The notes beneath the pieces were generated by a model. It worked only from the letters and a program-made list of their open reading frames with translations, was not told the origin of the DNA and searched no databases. The translations under genes were made by a program, and so were the position numbers. Positions 24,972 through 31,751 of a stretch of DNA of 31,751 nucleotides are shown here, piece after piece. Origin of the DNA: an uncultured virus (IMG/VR IMGVR_UViG_2061766007_000036) (lineage: Duplodnaviria; Heunggongvirae; Uroviricota; Caudoviricetes); the IMG/VR virus record IMGVR_UViG_2061766007_000036, one strand, 5' to 3'. The first letter of the stretch is position 1. The number at the start of each line of letters is the position of its first letter.

Positions 24972-25264
24972 TGGCGACACCGATTTACGCACCGCACCTT
25001 TTCCCCGAAAACGCCGAAGCGAAGTACAACGAATTCATGATGCGAATTGCTACGTGCGTATACGCACGCAACGGGGAAACCGCTTGGCTGTATGGAACCG
25101 ACAACCTCGTAGGTTACCTCAACGAGCTGTGCGACTACGGCCCGTACACACGCTCCGACGCACGGGAGGTCGAGAGGCTGATGCTCGAACTTCAGAGAAG
25201 CAACTACCGTACAACGGAAGACGACTACTACGACGTTCCCATATACCCCGACCTTCCCATATAA
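24971..25264 (+). CDS. Hypothetical protein, 97 aa
   Basis: TAATG coupling; GAGGAGG RBS. Confidence 0.75.
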   Translation: MATPIYAPHLFPENAEAKYNEFMMRIATCVYARNGETAWLYGTDNLVGYLNELCDYGPYTRSDAREVERLMLELQRSNYRTTEDDYYDVPIYPDLPI

Positions 25265-25285
25265 AACCCATATAGAAGCAGTAGA

Positions 25286-25320
25286 AACCCGCCCTCCGAA
25301 CGGAGAGCGGGTTATTTTTT
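25286..25320. terminator. Terminator between convergent operons
   Basis: AACCCGC-CTCC...GGAG-GCGGGTT + T tract. Confidence 0.75.
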
Positions 25321-25576
25321 ACTCTGTATCCATCTTTGCCCCGCAGGACGGGCAGAACGGCGTTTTCTGCACGTTTTCCCCTCCGCAGGCACTGCACCTC
25401 ACCCTGTTCCAATATCCTTCCAAACGAAGCCACTTGGCACTGTACGCACCCGTGATACTCTGCGACTGTATGGAATCGAGGATTCTGTTCAAGTCCCTTC
25501 CGCCCTTGGAACAGAAGGAGTAGCATCCGAGATGTTCGTTTATGTATTTACGTAGCGTATTAATCTCTATGACCAT
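25319..25576 (-). CDS. Zn-ribbon phage protein
   Basis: CSACG...FCPSCGAKM. Confidence 0.75.
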   Translation of the reverse strand: MVIEINTLRKYINEHLGCYSFCSKGGRDLNRILDSIQSQSITGAYSAKWLRLEGYWNRVRCSACGGENVQKTPFCPSCGAKMDTE

Positions 25577-26504
25577 ATTTCAGCACCTTCACCTGTTCCA
25601 TGATATCTTTCGTGTACGCTTTCATCTCGTCCTTCCAATCGGATTGATAATCGTACGTCGTGGGCTGCCCGCTTCGAATCCGGTTGACGTAGCCCTCGAG
25701 CAACGGGAAATCTTTCTCGTAGCAGTGGAAGCTATTGACACGATGTACGTATTTCCCGACTCCAACGCCGAGTATCTCCGCCACCCGTTCCTGTAGGATT
25801 GATAATCCGAAGGCGTTCATGAACGTCGCTTTGCACGCATCGTTGCTTCGAAACAGCACGTCGCACTCCAACTTATCATCCCGTATCATAAATTGGATGT
25901 GCTGTAGGCAGGCGGGGTGTTCAGACCCAACGTCTTCTGCGTGCCGAACGTCAATGACCGCTCGCCGTGAGTACGGGTTCCGTCGCAGCTCGTTGATGCA
26001 GAAATCCACCTGGTCGATGTAAATCCCCGATTGATAATCGTAGTTGGTCATACGGTCGTGGTACGTATACGCCCACTTCCCTCGGTAAATCTCGAAATCA
26101 AGGATGCCGTCCAACAGTTCCATTACGTACTGCTGTAACTCACGCTGCCCCCCGATGAACAGCCGGGAAATCCTGGGCTCCGCTGTCGGGTGATTGATAA
26201 TCATGGTCAGCCCGCACTCCTTTTGCAGGCAGTCCCAATCCGGGCAGGGGTAAATCTTACCGTATCGGAGCAGCGCCTCTAACGCCCGATGATAGCCGAT
26301 TGATAATGTTTCCCCGGACACGGCGACCTCCCGCTCCGGGGGCTCGCCTGCGGTCGGGTAGTCTCGGCTAACTATCTCATTGCAATAGTTACAAAATGTA
26401 ACAGAAGGTGACGAAACGGTGACAGAATTTGGGCTTTCCGTCGGGCTCGGCTCCTCACGACGATTTTGTAATTTTTTGTTACGATTTGCGAATAATTTTC
26501 TCAC
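25560..26504 (-). CDS. Thymidylate synthase (ThyA-fold); start uncertain
   Basis: SRRA, HPACLQ catalytic Cys, FRSND..ATFMN, SFHCY. Confidence 0.85.
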   Translation of the reverse strand: MRKLFANRNKKLQNRREEPSPTESPNSVTVSSPSVTFCNYCNEIVSRDYPTAGEPPEREVAVSGETLSIGYHRALEALLRYGKIYPCPDWDCLQKECGLTMIINHPTAEPRISRLFIGGQRELQQYVMELLDGILDFEIYRGKWAYTYHDRMTNYDYQSGIYIDQVDFCINELRRNPYSRRAVIDVRHAEDVGSEHPACLQHIQFMIRDDKLECDVLFRSNDACKATFMNAFGLSILQERVAEILGVGVGKYVHRVNSFHCYEKDFPLLEGYVNRIRSGQPTTYDYQSDWKDEMKAYTKDIMEQVKVLKYGHRD

Positions 26505-26630
26505 GACGACCTCACGACTTTCACGAAAAATTTAACGATTTTTTTACGAATTTTACGACGAAATTTGCGAAAAAATTTACGACGAAAATTACGAATTTCA
26601 CGAAATTTTACGACGAAAAATTCACGAATC
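26455..26630. repeat. Array of (T/C)ACGA units separated by A/T tracts
   Basis: Many ACGA copies at roughly helical spacing. Confidence 0.8.
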
Positions 26631-26828
26631 TTCCACCTCATCGACAACCGATTTTGCTTCGGCGTACGATTTGCAGGCAATCAGTTGTCCATCTGGGCCC
26701 ATTGCGAACCACACAGACCCAACCTGCCAAATCTGCCACCCTTTGTACTCAGTCATAGAATTGGTCGTTCCAATACGCATACCACACGAGGGCAACGATT
26801 GCGATGAATCCGAACACTAAGATAGCAA

Positions 26829-27311
26829 TCATTTAGTTTCCTCCTTCGGAAGGTCGTCGAGCTCGGGCTTGTGCAGATACGTCCACCACAGACACATCAC
26901 GTTCCACACAAACGCTCTGTCATGTCTTTCGTCATCCCACCCGCCTCGGCACTTAATATAGTGTCTGACAGCGCTATCCACGTAACAATGAAGTGGAATG
27001 CCTTTCTCCCAATTTCTCTCTGCGTATTTCTTCGCACCTTCTTCGAAATGCTTTGACACTTCGAGTAGCATCTCTTCAACGCTCCACTCTCGGTAGCTTG
27101 CGAACTTATAAAGAACCACGAACAGCTGCGCCGTGTCTCTGAACTTTACAAAGTTGTTCAGTGAGGACAGGATGCCATCTCCATTGTCCCCGAGCAGTTC
27201 TGCTACGACATCAAGCGGGAGCAGGTCGCATCTTCCCTTTCCCTCTGTCACATCCCTTACCGCACCGCTTTCAAACTCCTGTCTTGCTCCGCTGTCCAAA
27301 ATCATACGCAT
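26829..27311 (-). CDS. DUF5664 (dATP/dGTP diphosphohydrolase N-terminal) domain protein
   Basis: GAVRD...KGRCDLLP...EGAKKYAERNWEKG...SAVRH...H..A..WN. Confidence 0.85.
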   Translation of the reverse strand: MRMILDSGARQEFESGAVRDVTEGKGRCDLLPLDVVAELLGDNGDGILSSLNNFVKFRDTAQLFVVLYKFASYREWSVEEMLLEVSKHFEEGAKKYAERNWEKGIPLHCYVDSAVRHYIKCRGGWDDERHDRAFVWNVMCLWWTYLHKPELDDLPKEETK

Positions 27312-27316
27312 ACCCC

Positions 27317-27475
27317 CGATTGAAAAAGATTGGAAATCCTGTCTCTATTGAAAATATTGGAAATAATCTTGATAATCCTAATATTGGAAATCCAAAATAT
27401 TGAAAATCTCAAATATTGAAAATCCAAAATATTGATAATCCGAAGATTGGAAATCTGAATATTGGAAATATTTTC
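27317..27475 (+). repeat. Tandem array of ~11 degenerate copies of the polar motif, (G/T)ATTGRWAAT(C/A)
   Basis: Copies at 27382, 27398, 27414, 27430 (16-bp period), 27445, 27460 and upstream. Confidence 0.9.
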
Positions 27476-27495
27476 AATGTCTACATATTATTAAA

Positions 27496-27864
27496 CTATT
27501 TAATAACGTCGTCAGATTCCTCAATGAACAGCATGACCTTCGTCTCCTTGGCGTAGACGAACTCATCGGAGAATCCTACGACGTACTTCCTGTTGTCGTC
27601 GGGAAGTTTCTTGTACTTCACCAACGCATCGAGGATGAACTTCTTGGCGAACGCCACATTATCGTAGTCACGCTTCTTATTCCCTTCCATCCAAAGAAAC
27701 CGTATTCTAATAGGCTTCTCGAATTTAGGGAGCGGTGATATGAACCACCCTATCTGTTCTTCGAGGTTCTTCTTAAAAGAGGCCGCTTGGTACTTGTTCG
27801 TTCTGCATACACGCACGTAGTCGTTCAGACTCGGCAATTTCAGCGGAATCGTTACTTCTGTCAT
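27496..27864 (-). CDS. RusA-like Holliday junction resolvase
   Basis: LPSLN...RDYDN..AKKFILDALV...DDN. Confidence 0.85.
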   Translation of the reverse strand: MTEVTIPLKLPSLNDYVRVCRTNKYQAASFKKNLEEQIGWFISPLPKFEKPIRIRFLWMEGNKKRDYDNVAFAKKFILDALVKYKKLPDDNRKYVVGFSDEFVYAKETKVMLFIEESDDVIK

Positions 27865-27893
27865 ACCAAACAGCCTCCGATTGAAAATCTATA

Positions 27894-28742
27894 TCACCAG
27901 TTGACATAGCAGTCTAATGTAGCCTCGCTCACGCCATCGCAGAAGTCGTAGACCTTGCCCCATCTGCCAAACGGTGTCCAATATACTGCTCCGTTCTTTT
28001 TATCCTGCGCTACGGTACTCGCCAACACGATATACCCGTTCTCGTCGCACACGAACCCGTCAGAATCCACGTGTCTGCCCGGGATTGATAATCCGCCACC
28101 CGACAACACCCTCTGACTGTAGTACGTCCACTTCCATCCGTTATAGTGGCACGTACCCATCCATCTGAAGTCTTTCGGACTTACATATGCCTCTGTAGAC
28201 GTATCTTCCACGCTCTGCGTATCCTCAACGACCGTTTCTACAGGTTCCTCTACAGTCACAGTCTCCTCTACCGTATCTTCCACGGTCTCTACTGGAACCG
28301 CTTCTACAGGTTTGCTCTCCTGTTTCTGCCTTTCAGCCTGTTCCTGCGCCTTTCTCTGTGCTTCTACTCTCGCCAAGTACTTCTGATACGCTATATTAGA
28401 GACAGCCATCTCTGTGGGCTCTGCAATTCCGTCGAAATCCTCCGGATTGAAAATATTGCCCCGTTCTGAGGCAAGATTGAAAATATGTGTACTAAGTCGA
28501 GTGGTTTCCGAAATCGAGTGAGTGTCGACCGCAAACGCTACATTTTCTCCTTTTTCTTCTTCTGTATTTCCCGTCTCTTCTTCTGTGTTTTCCTCGTCAG
28601 TCCATCTCTCTGTAGGGGAGTACTCTTCGGGCTGTGGAGTGAATGTATCTTCTTTATCTGTTCTTCCGTATATGATAGCGAGGATGATTAGTACTCCTAT
28701 CATGGCGATACAGAAGGAGATGATTCTCTGTCGTCTTGTCAT
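27894..28742 (-). CDS. Membrane-anchored protein with acidic linker and 3D-domain-like (lytic transglycosylase-like) C-terminus
   Basis: N-terminal TM; YIVLAS...TPFG..GKVYD...LDCYVNW. Confidence 0.55.
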   Translation of the reverse strand: MTRRQRIISFCIAMIGVLIILAIIYGRTDKEDTFTPQPEEYSPTERWTDEENTEEETGNTEEEKGENVAFAVDTHSISETTRLSTHIFNLASERGNIFNPEDFDGIAEPTEMAVSNIAYQKYLARVEAQRKAQEQAERQKQESKPVEAVPVETVEDTVEETVTVEEPVETVVEDTQSVEDTSTEAYVSPKDFRWMGTCHYNGWKWTYYSQRVLSGGGLSIPGRHVDSDGFVCDENGYIVLASTVAQDKKNGAVYWTPFGRWGKVYDFCDGVSEATLDCYVNW

Positions 28743-29017
28743 TACAGTCTTCCCTTCTGAAACTCTATACCGTACTCTTCTCTCATGACTTTTCTGATAT
28801 CTGAATAGGTCACACGTCCCTCGTATATCTCTTCAGCGAGTTTATTGACTTCTTGGAACACTCTATAGAGGTCTGCGGGAGTAAGGTCTGTCTTATCGGC
28901 TAATACGTGGAATACCATCAACAGGGCGTTATCCGTTATCTCCGAAGCGGTAGTAGCGATGGCTCTGTTGATATCGGCTTTCGTCACAGGTCTGTGCCGT
29001 GGGTTCTTTTTCTTCAT
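28742..29017 (-). CDS. Hypothetical protein, 91 aa
   Basis: Coupled ORF. Confidence 0.75.
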   Translation of the reverse strand: MKKKNPRHRPVTKADINRAIATTASEITDNALLMVFHVLADKTDLTPADLYRVFQEVNKLAEEIYEGRVTYSDIRKVMREEYGIEFQKGRL

Positions 29018-29388
29018 CTGAGTCCCAATTCTCCTATTCTGTGGTTCAAGGCACTTACGTGAGTCCCTAAGAGTTTCGCTATCTGACCTGCGGTCATTCC
29101 TTTACCCCAATACTCATATATGAGGTCGTCTACCGCTTGGTCGTTTTCATCCGCTACCTCATTTGCATCAAGGAAGTCTATAAAGGACGTGAGCTGTTTC
29201 TTGTTCAGTTTCAGAGCACAGCGTATCTGCATTCTGCTCTCTCCCTGTTTCAGCATCTCACTCACCTTGAGGGCTGTCTTTCCGTATCTGTCCTTCCTCG
29301 GCTTTCCTATGCAGTTCACACATTCCAAGTATGGGCATTGGAGGCATTTGTCTATGACCTCTTTACTGTCATACAGTTCCTCGTCCAT
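29014..29388 (-). CDS. Hypothetical protein with Cys cluster and HTH-like C-terminus
   Basis: CLQCPYLECVNC; GMTAGQIAKLLG. Confidence 0.7.
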   Translation of the reverse strand: MDEELYDSKEVIDKCLQCPYLECVNCIGKPRKDRYGKTALKVSEMLKQGESRMQIRCALKLNKKQLTSFIDFLDANEVADENDQAVDDLIYEYWGKGMTAGQIAKLLGTHVSALNHRIGELGLR

Positions 29389-29708
29389 TTACCCCACCCT
29401 TACTGTGCCTGCCCTCTCTATGCTCGTCACCAAGGCGTTCTCGTCTGCTACCAACATTCTCTTCTGCCCTCTGTCATGAATCACCGCATACATCTTTCCG
29501 TCTTTCATGACTATTGCAAGTCCCTTTTCCTGCTGTCTCTTCAGTCTCTCCGGAATCTCCATTTCATAGTCCTTTCTGTCAAGTCATATTTCCGAAAGTC
29601 AATATTATTTTTTTCGTATACGCATTTTTTCGGATATTGGTTCTTTTTCTGTGAAAAAATCAGTTCTCGCAAATCGTCAGTACCCTGTTATTAGGGTGTT
29701 TAATAGAG

Positions 29709-29885
29709 TTATACGAATATCTCATCTAATGAGTTGAGGGCACTCTGTATAAAGTCTGTAGCGTCTGCGAGATGCTGATGGGATTCGTCCAATGGGTCTG
29801 TGCCCATTAGCATTTCTTCCAATTGGAACTCGATATCGTCGAGTCCGTCCATGAGAGTTCTAATCTTCTCTTTCACTGTTTTCAT
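29709..29885 (-). CDS. Small acidic hypothetical protein (start may be 29936)
   Basis: AAGGGAG RBS before MKTVKE. Confidence 0.6.
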   Translation of the reverse strand: MKTVKEKIRTLMDGLDDIEFQLEEMLMGTDPLDESHQHLADATDFIQSALNSLDEIFV

Positions 29886-30059
29886 CTCCCTTAAGAAGGA
29901 GTCCTGCGGGGCATTTGACTTCTCCCACCTTATCACTGTGGGCGCACTCCGGAATGCCGCCTTTACCGTACTTATCCCTCAAGCCATTCCTCTCGTGAGC
30001 CCCTCGCATTCGGGGGCTCTACTTAGGCTCTCTTGTTCAAAGTCCGTCTGTCCCGCAGG

Positions 30060-30134
30060 TGGAGCCACTGACAGGATTTGAACCTGTAACCTATCGCTTA
30101 CAAGGCGATTGCACTGCCGTTGTGCTACAATGGC
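30060..30134 (-). tRNA. tRNA-Thr (anticodon UGU) with encoded CCA
   Basis: Acceptor GCCATTG/CAGTGGC, anticodon arm ATCGC-CTTGTAA-GCGAT, T arm ACAGG-TTCAAAT-CCTGT. Confidence 0.9.
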
Positions 30135-30168
30135 TTATATGAGGGGGAGGGGTTGCCTCCCCCATCTC

Positions 30169-31089
30169 TTATGCTACGAGGTCGACGACCTTGTCGAGCA
30201 GGGGGTGTCCGCCAATAATCTTGCCCCACCTGTTCTCGTCGTAGTTGTCGTTCCTGCGAATCGGAGCGGAGTGCCCAATGTAGTCGCTCACTGCGTTAAT
30301 GAGTCCCCACTTCGTGTACAGGAACTGCTCGAGGTCGGGTGCGAACACGCAAGCCATAATGGAGTCCCTTGCGGTCTTGACCGTCTCCTTCTGCCTGTCC
30401 GTAGCATTCGGCAGAATCGGGAGAATCGTCTCAATCGCCTTGACCGTCTCGTCATAGGACATCTTGTCGTTCGCAAGGCGGTCAGCCTTCTCCTCAAGTC
30501 CCTTGAGGTAGACATCCGCCAACTGAAGGGTCGTGCGGGCTTCCTCGAGCTTCGCCCCAATGTTCCCCTTGTGTACGGCACTCCAATTCCGCTTCGCACT
30601 GCCGAGTGCCATGTTCAGCGTGTTGTTGCAGACTACCCGAATCGGAGTCATGCACACCCGAACCGCTCCGCTTCCGTCGTGCGTGTTCGTGAAGCAAATG
30701 TACGGCTCGAACTTGTCGCCCGCAATGTACCGCTCGGGCATCTTGCCAAGGAGCCAAATCCGCTTGCCCCCGCTGAGGCTTCCTGCGGTCTCGTACTTAA
30801 TGCCCTCGCCGAGCAGTGCATCCGTGAAGTCGAACGCTTCTCCGTTCTGCACAATCTTGTAGCGGTTGGACACAATGCCGAGCACCGTGCCGTCGCTCGA
30901 GCGGGTGTTCGCCTTGTAGTTAGGAATCTCCACACCCTCTGCGGTGTAAATCGGAAGCGGGTTCACTTCCCAATTGAGACCCGCAAGTCTCATCGCATCC
31001 GCCGAGGTCGGCGCTTCCGCCACCATCGTCCCGAGCCCGTGCCAAGGCTTCTCTCTCACATACATCATAGTTTCTACACATGCGCTCAT
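30169..31089 (-). CDS. DUF932 (phage/plasmid-like TIGR03299) protein
   Basis: PWHGLG, YKIVQN, NTHDGS...TPIRVVCNNTL. Confidence 0.9.
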   Translation of the reverse strand: MSACVETMMYVREKPWHGLGTMVAEAPTSADAMRLAGLNWEVNPLPIYTAEGVEIPNYKANTRSSDGTVLGIVSNRYKIVQNGEAFDFTDALLGEGIKYETAGSLSGGKRIWLLGKMPERYIAGDKFEPYICFTNTHDGSGAVRVCMTPIRVVCNNTLNMALGSAKRNWSAVHKGNIGAKLEEARTTLQLADVYLKGLEEKADRLANDKMSYDETVKAIETILPILPNATDRQKETVKTARDSIMACVFAPDLEQFLYTKWGLINAVSDYIGHSAPIRRNDNYDENRWGKIIGGHPLLDKVVDLVA

Positions 31090-31106
31090 TCGTTCGTCCT
31101 CCTTAA

Positions 31107-31283
31107 TTAAAATTCGTATTCGGTCAGCATGTCTGTCAACTTCTTGTCTAACGCCGTTACTTCTTTCCTCACCGTGAGGAAGCAGTGGTTCTCTCCGTAC
31201 ACCTGTTGCCACGGGCATCCGTAGCAGGAATTCTGCTCTTTGCACCGTTGCTCTATCGCTTCTAACTTCTCCTCAATCGTCAT
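31107..31283 (-). CDS. Cys-containing hypothetical protein
   Basis: AGGAGG RBS; promoter 31319-31347. Confidence 0.7.
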   Translation of the reverse strand: MTIEEKLEAIEQRCKEQNSCYGCPWQQVYGENHCFLTVRKEVTALDKKLTDMLTEYEF

Positions 31284-31318
31284 CTCGTTCTCAGTTCCTC
31301 CTCTCAACTTTCGACCCG

Positions 31319-31347
31319 ATTATACCACACATATACGGCTATGTCAA
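31319..31347 (-). promoter_or_regulatory. sigmaA promoter TTGACA-17-TATAAT
   Basis: Direct reading. Confidence 0.85.
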
Positions 31348-31419
31348 GACCTAATTTTAATTTTTCTTAAGAAATCGTTGCAATCTATGTAGTAAATTCC
31401 CGTCACACGAACTTTCTTG

Positions 31420-31522
31420 TTGATATATTCCATCACATATATTATAATAATAGATGCTTCTATCAAGCGCTTCATGTTTCTCTAAGGGGCGACACCGTGG
31501 ACGGGTCGCCCCTCTTCCTTTT
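31420..31522 (+). ncRNA. Candidate ~65-nt sRNA (promoter TTGATA-17-TATAAT; hairpin GGGGCGAC/GTCGCCCC + T-rich tail)
   Basis: Promoter and terminator enclose no credible ORF. Confidence 0.4.
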
Positions 31523-31617
31523 TCGGCATATTGCCCAGTTTCTGAGAACCCTTTATACAAACTGTAATAAACAGAAAAATCGGCACGACCTGCGTATTGC
31601 AAGCCGTGCCGTTCTCT

Positions 31618-31751
31618 TTAACTCTGTTCCATTTCCTGCGCTTTCAGTTCCAAAACGCATGCTTCAATGAGGTTGTCGAGATACACCTCGTCGAATGTGT
31701 ATCCCATCTGTTCAAGAGTCTTCTTGACGTATTCTTTCTTTTCCTGTCCTC
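31618..31751 (-). CDS. C-terminal fragment of LL-H-type phage holin
   Basis: GQEKKEYVKKTLEQMG...LDNLIEACVLELK. Confidence 0.65.
   Translation of the reverse strand, partial: GQEKKEYVKKTLEQMGYTFDEVYLDNLIEACVLELKAQEMEQS

Larger units (their letters stand above)
1..31751. mobile_element. Tailed phage/prophage genome segment (Firmicutes host), early + replication + lysogeny regions
   Basis: Phage replication/recombination module, repressor plus serine integrase, holin fragment, many small ORFs with AGGAGG RBS and sigmaA promoters; no housekeeping host genes. Confidence 0.93.

Noticed and set aside
27317..27475. Mini-CRISPR in the tandem array
   Set aside because: Period is 15-16 bp with no unique spacers
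1444..28093. Motif as a host Fur box or FNR site
   Set aside because: Shares only TGATAATC; lacks the 7-1-7 inverted partner or TTGAT-N4-ATCAA, and strict polarity is not expected for those regulators
29389..29570. Short ORFs upstream of 29388
   Set aside because: Several competing frames under 40 aa, none with convincing support
30060..30134. tRNA as prophage attachment boundary
   Set aside because: Phage genes lie on both sides, no duplicated 3' end is visible, and the integrase is a distant serine type
30109..31110. 333-aa + strand ORF
   Set aside because: Antisense shadow of the DUF932 gene
1..31751. Retron, DGR or group II intron behind the structured RNAs
   Set aside because: No reverse transcriptase motif and no TR/VR pair seen in the window

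Overview
A ~31.7 kb segment of a tailed phage, probably temperate, infecting a Firmicutes (Clostridia-like) host. It covers the early/accessory, replication-recombination and lysogeny regions and ends in the 3' part of a holin; no head, tail or terminase genes are visible. Recognisable genes: Gp157, Sak/Rad52-like annealase, replisome organizer, DnaC-like loader, SSB, GNAT, RinA/ArpU-like regulator, NinB-like, RusA-like, XRE repressor, large serine recombinase, three RHH paralogues, thymidylate synthase, DUF5664, DUF932, DUF4314 and tRNA-Thr(UGU). The most striking content is non-coding. (1) About 20 near-consensus sigmaA promoters each drive a 1-5 gene cassette with a shared 5' leader and intrinsic terminator. 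(2) The 11-mer GATTGATAATC occurs 24 times exactly, always on the + strand: after terminators, inside genes in all three frames, in the repressor RBS, and as a degenerate tandem array. (3) A promoter-driven ~125-nt hairpin RNA (20447-20567) has a loop antisense to the consensus leader of the early cassettes, and there are several other candidate sRNAs. (4) A 48-aa ORF missing from the ORF track carries the ArfA ribosome-rescue signature. All family calls come from motif recognition by eye, not database searches.
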